From NCBI GenBank assembly GCA_965203465.1, contig CBDBCR010000003.1, positions 256,001 to 320,000 of the forward strand: 64,000 nt of DNA, given 5' to 3'. Shown here in pieces: positions 1-10,154 of the stretch. The DNA comes from Nitrosopumilaceae archaeon. GTDB taxonomy: Archaea > Thermoproteota > Nitrososphaeria > Nitrososphaerales > Nitrosopumilaceae. The first letter of the stretch is position 1. Each line of letters begins with the position of its first letter. The notes beneath the pieces were generated by a model. The model searched no databases. It was given only the letters and a program-made list of their open reading frames with translations, and was not told the DNA's origin. A program made the position numbers and the translations under genes.

Positions 1-79
1 CGTCTCGAGCATATTCGTCCCCTTCGCCGTGCCGATAAAGATCCCCCTCTTCAGGGACGTGGCGGGCGGGCAAAAGTGA
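1..79 (+). CDS. herA: 3' end of probable HerA helicase (partial)
   Basis: Frame 2 reads VSSIFVPFAVPIKIPLFRDVAGGQK*. Its stop overlaps the mre11 GTG (GTGA), and herA-mre11-rad50 is the usual archaeal order. Confidence 0.55.
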   Translation, partial: VSSIFVPFAVPIKIPLFRDVAGGQK

Positions 80-1329
80 GGTTCGCGCACCTTTCGGACA
101 TGCACCTGGGCTTCCAGAGGGAGCCGGCGCTGCAGGCGGCCGAGAGGGGCGTCTTCGAGGAGGCCGTCTCCGAGTGCATATCCAGAAAGGCCGACTTTGT
201 GGTGATGGCGGGCGACATATTCCACGTCAACATACCAGGCATGGACGTGCAAAAGCACGCGTTCGGCCAGTTCAGGCGCCTCCACGAGGCGGGCATCCCA
301 GTCTATGCGGTCTACGGCAGCCACGACCACTCGCCTCTGTCCAACTCCGTCATAGACCTGCTTGCCGAGATCGGCTACGTGACGAAGATGACGCACGAGG
401 CGGGCGGCGGCAAAATACGCCTGAACTACGCCCGGGACCCCAAGACCGGGGCCGTGCTCGCCGGCCTGTCCGGCCTCAAGGCCAGCAAGGACCTGGAAAA
501 CTACAGGGCCCTCGAGCGCGAAGCTCCCGAGGAAGGCTCGCCCAAGATATTCATCTTTCACGGCGCGCTCAAGGACATGGGCGACGGCGGGCGCGGCGAG
601 CAGATGGCCGCCTCGTGGATGCCGCGCGGGTTCGACTATTACGCCGGCGGCCACCTCCACGCGCACCGCGAGGAGCGCGACTTGGGGGGCCTGCCCGTCG
701 TGGTGTACCCCGGCACGCCGTTTGCCGGCAACTGGCGCGACATGGTGGAGAACTCAAAGGCCGGGCCCGACGGCGTGTCGAGCACCAAGAGGGGCATGGT
801 GTTCGCAGAATACGACGGCAAAATGACCACCGAGTTCGTGCCGCTGGGCAGCGCGCGCTACCTGCAGATACGCGAGTACGCAAAGGGCAGGAAGGCCGAG
901 TCGGTCGCGCGCGAGCTGGTGGAGAGGGCCTCGGCGGCCGAGGCCGAGGGGCGCATCGTGGTCGTGTCCATAGAGGGCGAGCTGTCCTCGGGCAAGACCT
1001 CCGAGATAGACATCGGGCGCATAAGGCAGGAGCTCAAGGACAGGGGCGCGGCGTCGGTCCAGATAAAGAGCAGCGTATCGTCCAAGGAATACGACATCGT
1101 GGCCGAGGGGAGGAGCAGGGAAGAGTACGAGCGGCGCACGTTCGAGGCCAACATAGACAGCACGCCGGTGCGCCGGCCCGAACTGATCGGGGAGCGCGGC
1201 GTCAGGGCGGCCTTGGACCTGTTTTCGGTGGTGCGCGTGGCCAAGCCGGACAACGAGAAAAGGGCAGACTACGAGGCGAGGATGACGGGCCAGGCGCTCG
1301 GGGCCCTGGAGCTGGAAAATGATACTTGA
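76..1329 (+). CDS. mre11: DNA double-strand break repair nuclease Mre11
   Basis: Metallophosphoesterase motifs SDMHLG, AGDIFH, GSHD and GGHLH; lies directly upstream of Rad50. Confidence 0.93.
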   Translation: MRFAHLSDMHLGFQREPALQAAERGVFEEAVSECISRKADFVVMAGDIFHVNIPGMDVQKHAFGQFRRLHEAGIPVYAVYGSHDHSPLSNSVIDLLAEIGYVTKMTHEAGGGKIRLNYARDPKTGAVLAGLSGLKASKDLENYRALEREAPEEGSPKIFIFHGALKDMGDGGRGEQMAASWMPRGFDYYAGGHLHAHREERDLGGLPVVVYPGTPFAGNWRDMVENSKAGPDGVSSTKRGMVFAEYDGKMTTEFVPLGSARYLQIREYAKGRKAESVARELVERASAAEAEGRIVVVSIEGELSSGKTSEIDIGRIRQELKDRGAASVQIKSSVSSKEYDIVAEGRSREEYERRTFEANIDSTPVRRPELIGERGVRAALDLFSVVRVAKPDNEKRADYEARMTGQALGALELENDT

Positions 1330-3724
1330 GCACGTCGTGCTGGATAACGTGCGCAGCCACGGGCACACCGAGATAGTCTTCGGGAGGGGCACCACGCTGC
1401 TCTCCGGCGACGTGGGGTCGGGCAAGTCGTCCGTACTGATGGGCGTAGAATTCGCGCTCTTTGGGCTCGGGCCCCAAAAGGCCGAGGCGCTCCTGTCCAA
1501 GGGATCCCGCGAGGGCTACGCGGAGCTGCGCTTTTCGGTGGACGGAAAGCCGTACGAGATCCGGCGCGCCCTGAGGAGGCAGGTGCATGAGGGCGGCGCC
1601 TCGGCGCAGCAGGATCCCAAGGGGTCGTATTTGATGGAGGACGGCCAGAAAACCCCGCTCTCCACCCTCGAGATGAAGCAGCGCGTGCTGCAGATACTGC
1701 GGTTCAACGAGCCGGCCGGCCCCAACTCGGTCAGCAGGATATTCCGGTACGCCGTCTTTACGCCCCAGGAGGAGATGAAGGTCGTGCTCTCCGACGCCAA
1801 GAGCAGGCTCGAGACGGTGCGGCGCGCCTTCGGCGTCGAGGACTACAGGACTGCTGCCGACAACGCAAAGACGGTCGCCCTAGAGATAAGGCAGCGCGCG
1901 TCCGAGCTTGCAGGCAGGGCGTCTGATTCCGAGCGGCTCGCCAAGGGCGTCAAAGAGCTCGAAGAAAAGGTGCGCGAATCCGAAAAAGCCCTCGAGGAGG
2001 CGCGCGGCGCGGCCGGCGCGGAGAGGGCAGGGCTGGATTCCCTCGCGGCCAAGAGGGCCGAGTTAAAGTCCAGGGAGGCAGAAAAGGCGGCGCTGGAGCG
2101 CAAGCTAGACGCGGCGCGCGCCAACGTAGGCGAAAAGTCAAAGAGGAAAAATTCCATAGCCGCCGAGATAGCTCAGGACCGAAAGGAGATAGCCGAAGCG
2201 TCGGATCAGATCGGCTCCCACCGGGTGCCCGAAAAGCCCACCGGCAAGTCCCTGCAGCAACTGGATTCGGAGATAAGGACGATGGAGGGCGCGCAGAAAG
2301 AGATCGCAGAGGCGCGCGCCCGCGTCAGAATGGCCGAAGAAGAGATCGCCGGCGCCAGATCCGAGATGGGCGGGCGCGCCGGCGCTGACGCGCGGAGCCT
2401 CCGGGCGGAGGCCGACGAGGCCCTTGCGGGCGCCGTGGACGCGCGCGAGGAGCAGAAAAAAGCCGAGGAGAGGGGGCGCGAGGCCGGGTACGAGGCGCGG
2501 CGGTGCAGGGACGGCGCGGAGCAGGCGGGCAAAGACGCGGCAGAATCGCTGCAAGAGGGGGCAAGGTGCCCCACGTGCCGCAACGTCATCACCGGCGAGC
2601 ACCTGCAAGAGCTGAGGGCCGAGCGCGCCGGGCAGCGCGCCCGCCTGGAGGAGGGGGCGGCCGAGGCCGAGGAGCTGCGGAGGCGGTCCGAGGCCGAGGC
2701 GGCAGAGGCGGAAAAGAGGGCAGAGGAGCTCGAGCGCCGGGCCGGCGAGGCCTCGAGGCTCGTCGAGCTTGCCTCAAAGGTCTCTTCAAAGACGGCGGAG
2801 CTTGCGGGGGCAAAAGAGGCGGCCGGCAGGCTGCAGGAGGGCGGCGGCTCCCTGGAACAGGCAAGGGAGCTGCGCGCAAGGCTCGCAGAGCACGAGGAGG
2901 CGGTCAAGACCCGCGCGATGCTGGAGCAGCGCCTCGAGCGTGCCCGCAGCGGCATGGGCAGGCGCAGCGAGGAGATGGAGGCCGTAAAGTCCGAGATCGC
3001 CGCGGCGGAGGCGCAAGAGGCGCAGGCCTCGGCGGGACTCGAGGGGTTCTCCGGCCTGGACCGAGAGGTTTCGGCCACAGACCAAAGCATGGCGCAGAGC
3101 CAGGAGAGGCTGACCCGCGCCCTCTCGCGCCTCGCCGCCGAGGAGCGCGGCATCGAGGAGGGCAGGGCCGCGCTCGAAAGGGACAGGAAGGCGCTCGGCG
3201 AGGCCGAGCGGTGCGCGAAAGAGCGCGACAGGCACGCGGACTACGAGACGTGGATAGCGGAGTTTTTCGTCAGGGCCATGCCCGAGATCGAAAAGAAGGT
3301 GCTCAAGGAGATGTACGTCGAGTTCAACGCCGCGTACCGCGGCTGGTACAAAAAGCTCGTAGACGACGAGACTAAAAGTTCATACATAGACGAGGAGTTT
3401 GCGCCGTGCGTGGAGCAGGACGGCGTGGTGCAGGAGGTCGCGTACATGTCCGGCGGCGAGAGGACCGGCGTGGCCCTCGCGTACAGGCTGGCGCTCAACT
3501 CTGTGCTGCGCAAAAAGACCGACATCCTAAAGTCGAGCCTGCTGATACTCGACGAGCCGACCGACGGCTTTTCCAACTCCCAGATGGTCAAGATAAAGGA
3601 GATGCTCGACGAGCTGGACTCCGAGCAGGTGATACTTGTCTCGCACGACCCCAACCTGGAGGGGTTTGCCGACCGCGTTGTGAGGGTGAGGCGCGATGGC
3701 GAGGTCTCCAAGGTCGAAGGCTAG
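1319..3724 (+). CDS. rad50: Rad50 SMC-like ATPase
   Basis: Walker A GDVGSGKSS, long coiled coil with CPTC zinc hook, signature MSGGE, Walker B LLILDEPT, VSH. Confidence 0.95.
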   Translation: MILEHVVLDNVRSHGHTEIVFGRGTTLLSGDVGSGKSSVLMGVEFALFGLGPQKAEALLSKGSREGYAELRFSVDGKPYEIRRALRRQVHEGGASAQQDPKGSYLMEDGQKTPLSTLEMKQRVLQILRFNEPAGPNSVSRIFRYAVFTPQEEMKVVLSDAKSRLETVRRAFGVEDYRTAADNAKTVALEIRQRASELAGRASDSERLAKGVKELEEKVRESEKALEEARGAAGAERAGLDSLAAKRAELKSREAEKAALERKLDAARANVGEKSKRKNSIAAEIAQDRKEIAEASDQIGSHRVPEKPTGKSLQQLDSEIRTMEGAQKEIAEARARVRMAEEEIAGARSEMGGRAGADARSLRAEADEALAGAVDAREEQKKAEERGREAGYEARRCRDGAEQAGKDAAESLQEGARCPTCRNVITGEHLQELRAERAGQRARLEEGAAEAEELRRRSEAEAAEAEKRAEELERRAGEASRLVELASKVSSKTAELAGAKEAAGRLQEGGGSLEQARELRARLAEHEEAVKTRAMLEQRLERARSGMGRRSEEMEAVKSEIAAAEAQEAQASAGLEGFSGLDREVSATDQSMAQSQERLTRALSRLAAEERGIEEGRAALERDRKALGEAERCAKERDRHADYETWIAEFFVRAMPEIEKKVLKEMYVEFNAAYRGWYKKLVDDETKSSYIDEEFAPCVEQDGVVQEVAYMSGGERTGVALAYRLALNSVLRKKTDILKSSLLILDEPTDGFSNSQMVKIKEMLDELDSEQVILVSHDPNLEGFADRVVRVRRDGEVSKVEG

Positions 3725-4209
3725 CCGCCGGTCAGTTTGGCGAACTCTGGGTTTTTGCTGACCTTTTCCATGAACTCGATGTTGGAAAGGGCTACGACTG
3801 CCGACTCTACGACCGGTTCGTCGCGGTCAGAGAGCGCCTTTTCGAGCGCCGCGCGCGACTCCGACGAGCCCACCACGCCCAGGGCTATGGCCGCCTCGTG
3901 GCGCACGAACATGCTAGGATCGTTGAGCGTGGCCTCGGCGAGCGGCCCGATGCCGCTGCTGTAGCCCATCTGGCCCAGCGAGAACGCGGCCTCGTGGCGC
4001 ACCAGTTCGTTGGGGTCTTTCTTGAGCACGCGGGCCACGTGATCCACCTTGTCCTCGCCGCCCATGTCCACCAACACGCAGGTGGCGCGGGTGCGCACCA
4101 CATAGTCGTCGTGGTCTAGCAGATCCACAAAGTAGCCGGCGTCGCGCTCGCCGTACTTTTTTTCCATCTGCGCGAACAGGTCTAGGCGCCGCTGCGGAAC
4201 CGCTTCCAC
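3721..4209 (-). CDS. HEAT/PBS-lyase repeat protein
   Basis: Repeated VRHEAAxxLG units. Confidence 0.85.
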   Translation of the reverse strand: MEAVPQRRLDLFAQMEKKYGERDAGYFVDLLDHDDYVVRTRATCVLVDMGGEDKVDHVARVLKKDPNELVRHEAAFSLGQMGYSSGIGPLAEATLNDPSMFVRHEAAIALGVVGSSESRAALEKALSDRDEPVVESAVVALSNIEFMEKVSKNPEFAKLTGG

Positions 4210-4380
4210 GCGGGCTCGGCCCGCGCCCCCGTATATTTAGTGTGCGGCAGGATAGGGGTTTCACGATGCCGCGAAAGGTGCGGTTGCGAACCGAAATGTC
4301 CACATGTGCCAGATCACCCGCGTCGAGGCGATCCGAATCTGCGCCGCGTTTTTCCGTAGTCGTGAGAGTGGTTGAAAAAG

Positions 4381-4935
4381 CTAGCACGCGATTGAATCGT
4401 TCAGTTCGTCGAAGTTTGTGGGAAAGTGGAGTCTTTTTCGGTTGTGTTTTTGGGCGAATTTGTCCCGGATCTGCTCGCGCGACAGAGTGTCGCAGGACGC
4501 AAATATGATCGCACGATCTTCCCACCGGCGCACGTTTTTGGCGTTTTGCAGTGCGCCAAAAAACCGGCGATCGTGCCTATCCGATACAGACGAGTTCTCG
4601 GCATCCGTGGAAATTCTCATAAAGGACAGATCGATTCTCTGAGCGCGCGGAGACATGTGTATGTTCGAAGTGGCTCTTTTGCTGAATACTTCTTTGACCG
4701 TCCGGGCAGCAGGCTTGCATCCCCTGCGGAACAACCCGGTTTTATAATCGTCAAGTATGGAAGGCGATGTGAGAAAAGTGACCTGCTTTTCTCTTGGCAT
4801 CTTGCCCATTCCATCCAATACGCTTTGGAACCATTTTGTCAAAGCGTTGTCTACACGGGACGCGTTTGTGTGTTCTACGATGTCTGCAAGCACGTTGGTG
4901 TCCATGACCAAAAGTATGCTCTGCCGTCGGATCAT
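4381..4935 (-). CDS. PIN-domain protein
   Basis: N-terminal VMDTNVL, then SPSILDDY, DRHDRRF and FASCD acidic positions typical of the PIN fold; lower GC than flanks. Confidence 0.65.
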   Translation of the reverse strand: MIRRQSILLVMDTNVLADIVEHTNASRVDNALTKWFQSVLDGMGKMPREKQVTFLTSPSILDDYKTGLFRRGCKPAARTVKEVFSKRATSNIHMSPRAQRIDLSFMRISTDAENSSVSDRHDRRFFGALQNAKNVRRWEDRAIIFASCDTLSREQIRDKFAQKHNRKRLHFPTNFDELNDSIAC

Positions 4936-4936
4936 T

Positions 4937-6088
4937 CTAACTTAAGATCTCCTCAACTATCGAATCCATTGCACGATCGAATATGTCCTGCGGTATCTCT
5001 CCGTCCCCGTTTGGGATGAGCTCTTCTATGCGGGTGAGGTTGCCGGGAGTTCGCTTGAAATAGTACAAGCCCAGATCCTTTTGTTTGATCTTTCGGGAGG
5101 CCGTCATGGCAAGTAGTTTTTTTAGTACGTAATCGCTCTGTGTCGAAAATATCAGGCTGATCTTTCTACGCGCAGCAAACGCTACGAGTTTTTCCACCAG
5201 ATTTATCTGTCGTAGTGGTTCCAAGTGCGCCTCCGGCTCTTCTATTACGAGCGTGCCGCCATCGGCCACATACTGCAGCGACATCATGATTGGCAGTGAC
5301 GATACGGTTCCAGAACCGGCATGTTCGATCTCGGTCTCGAAGCCAGAGGGATCTACATACATGATTCGAGGGATGCCGTTTCTAGAACCCATGCGAACAG
5401 ATCCTTCAAACAGAGTAGAGAACATATCCTGCACCTCGTCGGTCAGTTTGTCTTCTTGCATGATCAGATCATAGAGGCGCTCTGGGTGTTCCGGCATGCT
5501 GATCGACTGCTCGCGTTTTTTGCCCGCCCTGCTACTTCCGTTGGTGTTTGGCAAACGCATGAACGTATCAAGCGTGTATCTAAACAACGTGTTTTTCGCC
5601 CTGTATATCCACATAAAGTATTGTATGGCCCCCGTCCTTCCCGCCGGCACGTAAAAACTGTCGGTGTTTTGCTTGCCCACGGCTTTGAGCGCGTCAAGCG
5701 TGTTAAATTGCTTCACGCTTAATTTCGGACGCCGGAAGCTTATTTCCAACGCGGGCTTTTTTGACGAATGTATCTTCAGCGCGCATGGTTTTTTGTTGGC
5801 GGTGACAATTCTGTTCCACGGTATACCCGCAATGTGGAGAATCTTTTGCCCGTACAGGTATTTGGATATGCCCTCCCTGTCTTTGGCGCTCACGCGGATG
5901 CCGCGCAGCAGATCCGCATGCATCTTGGCGTTGAGCGCATTGTTCAACTGGCACACTCCGTGTATCAGGCCCGCCGCAACGGACTTGCCGGAATTGTTGG
6001 ATCCAAAGAACACGCTCACTTTCTTGTGCCGGATCTGCCCGCTTTCTATCGGACCGATGTTTTTGAACGCGATCTTTGTGTATTTCAT
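4937..6088 (-). CDS. ABC-class AAA ATPase (AAA_15/AAA_21-like)
   Basis: Start MKYTKIAFKNIGPI, Walker A GSNNSGKS, signature-like GSG, Walker B VIEEPEAHL, switch region STQSDY. Confidence 0.8.
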   Translation of the reverse strand: MKYTKIAFKNIGPIESGQIRHKKVSVFFGSNNSGKSVAAGLIHGVCQLNNALNAKMHADLLRGIRVSAKDREGISKYLYGQKILHIAGIPWNRIVTANKKPCALKIHSSKKPALEISFRRPKLSVKQFNTLDALKAVGKQNTDSFYVPAGRTGAIQYFMWIYRAKNTLFRYTLDTFMRLPNTNGSSRAGKKREQSISMPEHPERLYDLIMQEDKLTDEVQDMFSTLFEGSVRMGSRNGIPRIMYVDPSGFETEIEHAGSGTVSSLPIMMSLQYVADGGTLVIEEPEAHLEPLRQINLVEKLVAFAARRKISLIFSTQSDYVLKKLLAMTASRKIKQKDLGLYYFKRTPGNLTRIEELIPNGDGEIPQDIFDRAMDSIVEEILS

Positions 6089-6291
6089 TCTATGAGCCGT
6101 CCTGTGACTAGTATATGTAAATGATCCCGTATTCTGGCCGCCGGACGGCCCGGAACTGCCGGCTCGCCCGCGCCGCTCCCCGCCGCAGGCCGATCGCGGG
6201 GGCGGAGCCAGCAGCAGGCCCGTAGAACAGGCCCCTGCAACGGCCCGGGCCGGATCATACATTTTTAACGGAACCGCCCCGCGCGCGGGGC

Positions 6292-6951
6292 GTGCGGGCC
6301 GAGATAGGGAAAAAGGCGCCCAACCTGGGCGTCTCGGAGTGGGTGCAGGGCATGCCCACCAACTTCGACCAAGAGGACGACCGCATCGTGGTCACCGAGG
6401 TCTTCCAGGTAAACTGCCCCGGCTGCTTCCTGTACGGGATACCCGAGATGATAAGGATATACGAAGGCTACAAGGACCAGGGCGTCAGGGTGCTAGGCCT
6501 TGCCACCGCGTTCGAGGACTTTGACAAGAACACCCTGGACAACCTCAAACTCTTGGTGGAGACGGGCAGGGTCGTGGGCGAGACGCTAGAGGGCCTCTCG
6601 CGCTACGGGCAGCTGGACGGCGACAGGCTAAAGTACAGGATACCGTTCCCCGTGGGGATGGACGCGCTCTCGCGCGTGCAGGGCGAGCCCGACGAGGGGG
6701 CCGTGCTGGAGTTCATCAGGCCCCAGATACCCGACTTTGACTCGCGGCCGGCCGAGTACAGGTCAGGCATCATGGCGCGCGTCAGGGAGCACATGATGTC
6801 AAAGGAATACTCTGCAGAGACGTTCGAAAAGTTCGCGCTGCGCGGCACCCCATCCACCATAGTGGTGGACCGCAAGGGGATACTGCGCGACGTCTCGTTC
6901 GGCCAGACCGGCCACATAGAATCCCTCGTAAGGTCGCTCATCGACGAGTAG
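6292..6951 (+). CDS. Thioredoxin-fold/AhpC-TSA-like redoxin
   Basis: FQVNCPGC motif and C-terminal GTPSTIVVDRKG. Confidence 0.8.
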   Translation: MRAEIGKKAPNLGVSEWVQGMPTNFDQEDDRIVVTEVFQVNCPGCFLYGIPEMIRIYEGYKDQGVRVLGLATAFEDFDKNTLDNLKLLVETGRVVGETLEGLSRYGQLDGDRLKYRIPFPVGMDALSRVQGEPDEGAVLEFIRPQIPDFDSRPAEYRSGIMARVREHMMSKEYSAETFEKFALRGTPSTIVVDRKGILRDVSFGQTGHIESLVRSLIDE

Positions 6952-7693
6952 CGCGCAGCCTGCGCGCGAGCACGGCGGCGCCCGCCGGCGGCCCCGCGTA
7001 CAGCCCCGCGCACGCAAGAAGGGCCAGCGTCCCAAAGGCCGCCGCGCCGGCCTCCGAGCCGGCGAGGCCGGCGATCTGCAGCGCCGCCAGGGCGGGCTGC
7101 AGCGCGGCGCCGGCCAGCGCCCTCAGGTGCGGGCTCTGCCGCTCGGCGTCGGCGAGCGCCGGCGAGACCGCGTAATAGACAGAGTTGAACGCCTCCATGA
7201 ACCGCGCGCCCGCGCCGCTCGAATAGGCGAGATCGCGCGCCTCGCGCAGGCGCTGCACGGCGGGGGCAAGCTCTGTGCCGTACGCCGCCGTGGCCACGAG
7301 GCAGCCGCCCCGGGCGGGCTCCGATACGGTCATCAGGTGAGCGCCGGCGCCCTCGAACTCGACGGTCACGAACCAGACCAGATCGCTCGATTCCGCGCGC
7401 GCCGACGCCGGCTCGCCGTCCACCCTCACCTCGACGCCGTCGAGCAGCTGCCGCGGTATGACCAGCTCGCCCAGGTTGCCCTCCAGCGAGCTGGACACGT
7501 CTATCTCGAGGGTGCGCGACGCCGGATCGTAGCGCGCGCCGGTGGCGTCAAAGTTCGCCGTTATGACCACCTCGAGCTGCCTGCCCGAGTGCTCCACGTC
7601 GAACCTGCTTACCAAGCCGGTCCTGTCGGACAGCTGCGCCCAAGCGGGGGAGACGGCCAAGAATACCAGGGCCGCGAGCAGCAGCGCGCGCAA
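6938..7693 (-). CDS. Secreted protein with CFI-box-CTERM domain
   Basis: Signal peptide, GGCLVATAAYGTELA motif, C-terminal TM helix and basic tail. Confidence 0.8.
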   Translation of the reverse strand: MRALLLAALVFLAVSPAWAQLSDRTGLVSRFDVEHSGRQLEVVITANFDATGARYDPASRTLEIDVSSSLEGNLGELVIPRQLLDGVEVRVDGEPASARAESSDLVWFVTVEFEGAGAHLMTVSEPARGGCLVATAAYGTELAPAVQRLREARDLAYSSGAGARFMEAFNSVYYAVSPALADAERQSPHLRALAGAALQPALAALQIAGLAGSEAGAAAFGTLALLACAGLYAGPPAGAAVLARRLRATRR

Positions 7694-7695
7694 GC

Positions 7696-8148
7696 CTAGG
7701 CTATCGCCAGCCTGTTGCGCAGCTCGGCGTCGGCCAGCACGCTCGGATGCGACGGGTCTGCCAGTATCACCTCGAACCAGTAGTGCATCCCGTCCTTGTA
7801 CACGAAATACGATCCCAAGAGCGACATGTTGGGGTACCTGTCCAGCACGCGGTTCTCCGCGACTGTCTTCATCGGCACGTCCGCCTTTATGCGCGTCACG
7901 CCCAGGTGCTTCGGGCGCCTGCCGCCGCGCGGCCTCTGCTTGCGCATGCCGCCGGTGCCGACCCTCATGCGCACCACGGCCACGCCCTGCTTTGCCTTGT
8001 ACCCCAGGCGCCGGGCGCGCTCTATGCGGCTGGGCCTCTCTATGCGCGTGACCGCGTTCTGCCTGCGCCAGGCCACCGCGCGCCCGCGCAGCTGCGGGGC
8101 GTTGTCCTTCCACATCGCTATCCACGTCCTGTCCTGCGCGCTGGGCAT
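7696..8148 (-). CDS. rpl15e: 50S ribosomal protein L15e
   Basis: ARRLGYKAKQG, RRPK and YWFEVILADP motifs; TATA-like TTTATA upstream. Confidence 0.95.
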   Translation of the reverse strand: MPSAQDRTWIAMWKDNAPQLRGRAVAWRRQNAVTRIERPSRIERARRLGYKAKQGVAVVRMRVGTGGMRKQRPRGGRRPKHLGVTRIKADVPMKTVAENRVLDRYPNMSLLGSYFVYKDGMHYWFEVILADPSHPSVLADAELRNRLAIA

Positions 8149-8245
8149 GTGGCGCGCGCGGCCCCGGCGACTATATAAATTGCGGCGGCCGGTTTCGGCA
8201 AGGCGGCCGGCAAGCGTTTTATTGCAAGGCGGCCCGGGCCGCCGC

Positions 8246-8821
8246 GTGTGGCAGTTCCTGCTCGCGGCCGCGCTGGCCCTTGCCGCGCAGGAGGCCCTGG
8301 CGCTCGAGGTCGAGCCGGACAGGGACACGTACACGTACCTCGACAGGCTCTCGTTCACCGTGAGGACCGAGGTGCCGGGCGGCGGGCAGGCCGTGTTTTG
8401 GATAATCGACAGCTCCGGCAGGCAGAGCTCGCCCATACCGCTGGCCATGACCGGATCCGAGACGGTCTCGACGGCGCCGGCCCCTTTCAGCCCCGCCATA
8501 TACGCGGAGGACACGTACACCATACGCGTGGAGCACGGGGGCCGGAGCGCCGAGGCGCAGTTCCGGCTGGTCGATACGGGCGTGGTGGCAGTCCCCCCGT
8601 ACCTTTCGTACATGATAGGCCTGTGGGCCCAGGGCCTGGCCGACGACAAGTCCTTCGTGGACGCGATGGCCGAGGCCAGGGTGATGCGGCCGCTGGAGAA
8701 CCCTGACATACCCGACTGGTGCAGGCAGACGGCCCTGTGGGCCCTGGACGGGCTGGTGACCATGGACGAATTCGCCGCCGGGCTGAGGTACCTGGCCGAG
8801 ATCGGGGCGATCGGCGGTTGA
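8246..8821 (+). CDS. Secreted hypothetical protein with thaumarchaeal C-terminal repeat domain
   Basis: Signal peptide; C-terminal 'IPDW...W..G....EF...LRYL...G' pattern common in thaumarchaeal exported proteins. Confidence 0.65.
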   Translation: MWQFLLAAALALAAQEALALEVEPDRDTYTYLDRLSFTVRTEVPGGGQAVFWIIDSSGRQSSPIPLAMTGSETVSTAPAPFSPAIYAEDTYTIRVEHGGRSAEAQFRLVDTGVVAVPPYLSYMIGLWAQGLADDKSFVDAMAEARVMRPLENPDIPDWCRQTALWALDGLVTMDEFAAGLRYLAEIGAIGG

Positions 8822-9330
8822 ACAGGCACAGGCTGGTCGCGGCGGCCGCCTCCGCCGTGATAGCAGGCTCGCTGGCCTACGCGGCCGCGGGGGCCGCCGC
8901 GCTCGAAGGCGTGCAGTTCAAGTGGGGCGGCAGCGACAGTTTCGGGTACGTCTCGCTGGTCAACGGCGGGTACGTCGACGTGTGCAACCCGTCGCCGGTC
9001 CCGGTGCGCCTGGACAGCCTGGGCATAGGCGTGTCCTACCGGGGCGAGGACTTTGGCTCGTTCGAGGCGAGGGGCGGCATCGTCGGGCCGGGCGGGGAGG
9101 CCAGCATGTACGGCGAGGGCAGGCTGCGCGACGCGCGCGTCGGGATACTGGCCACGTACATGGATTCGGAGGCGGGCGGCGCGGATCTTGCCCGCTTCGA
9201 TTCGGGCGACGTGTCGGCCTCGGCCACGGCCAGCACGCTGGTCTTTGGCGTCCTGCCGTATTCGGTCACGCGCGAATATTCGGGCGACGAGCTGTCCGCG
9301 GTCATGGACGGCGCGGGCTACGGCTGCTGA
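8818..9330 (+). CDS. Membrane-anchored hypothetical protein (LEA_2-like fold possible)
   Basis: N-terminal hydrophobic segment and VCNPSPVPV motif; start overlaps the upstream stop. Confidence 0.55.
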   Translation: MNRHRLVAAAASAVIAGSLAYAAAGAAALEGVQFKWGGSDSFGYVSLVNGGYVDVCNPSPVPVRLDSLGIGVSYRGEDFGSFEARGGIVGPGGEASMYGEGRLRDARVGILATYMDSEAGGADLARFDSGDVSASATASTLVFGVLPYSVTREYSGDELSAVMDGAGYGC

Positions 9331-10154
9331 GATCTGCTGGCGCGCGCCATCATCCACAGTATTATGACGGCCGCAAAGGCGACGGCGAACCCGGCGGCGG
9401 TCCCGTACACCAAGTCGCGGGCGGTGTTCGCGGCAGGCGGGGACGCGGCCGGCACGCAGACCTCGCCGGAGAGCACCAGGCCCGGGCCGCACGAGGCCAC
9501 GCAGACGCCGTCGAGCTCGTACGTGCCCTCTCCGCATACCACGGAGCCGGCCGCGGGCGGGGCCGGGGTTGCGGTCGGAGTAGTTGGCTGCGCCGGATCC
9601 GCGGGTTCGGGATCCGGCGGAGTTGCGGGTTCGGGATCCGGCGGAGTTGCGGGTTCGGGATCCGGCGGAGTTGCGGGCGGCGCGGGCTCCGGAGTTGCCG
9701 GCGCCGGAGTTGCGGGTTCGGGATCCGGCGGAGTTGCGGGTTCGGGATCCGGCGGAGTTGTGGGCGGCGCGGGCTCGGGCGTGCCGGCGCCCAGATCGTC
9801 GTACAGTATCTGGACCGCAAAGGAGGCCACGTCGAGCATGACGGATATGACGATGTCGGAGCCGTCCCGCTCCGCCTCGAATTGCGCGGTGCCAAAGTCT
9901 ACCAAGACGTCTACCCGCGACGGATCCGACGAGCCGAATATCTCGGACGGCACGGTTATGCGCAGCGTGGCGTCGTCGTCTGCGGACACGTCAATGTCCA
10001 GCGAGCCGGTGGCGTCGAGCACCGCGCCGCTCACTTCCACGCCGGCGCCCGAATAGCCTATTTGGTAGTCGGTGCCGTCGACGGGAACCGTCTGTGCGTG
10101 CGCTGCCGGAACCGCCGCTGCCAGCGCGACCGCTACCCACAGGGCGTAATGCAC
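9318..10154 (-). CDS. Surface protein with Pro-rich linker and C-terminal TM anchor
   Basis: Signal peptide, TPPDPEPA repeats, Cys-rich CGEGT/CGPG module, TM tail. Confidence 0.75.
   Translation of the reverse strand: MHYALWVAVALAAAVPAAHAQTVPVDGTDYQIGYSGAGVEVSGAVLDATGSLDIDVSADDDATLRITVPSEIFGSSDPSRVDVLVDFGTAQFEAERDGSDIVISVMLDVASFAVQILYDDLGAGTPEPAPPTTPPDPEPATPPDPEPATPAPATPEPAPPATPPDPEPATPPDPEPATPPDPEPADPAQPTTPTATPAPPAAGSVVCGEGTYELDGVCVASCGPGLVLSGEVCVPAASPPAANTARDLVYGTAAGFAVAFAAVIILWMMARASRSQQP
9601..9759. repeat. 24-bp coding tandem repeat (3 + 2 copies)
   Basis: GCGGGTTCGGGATCCGGCGGAGTT at 9601-9672 (x3) and 9712-9759 (x2). Confidence 0.9.
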
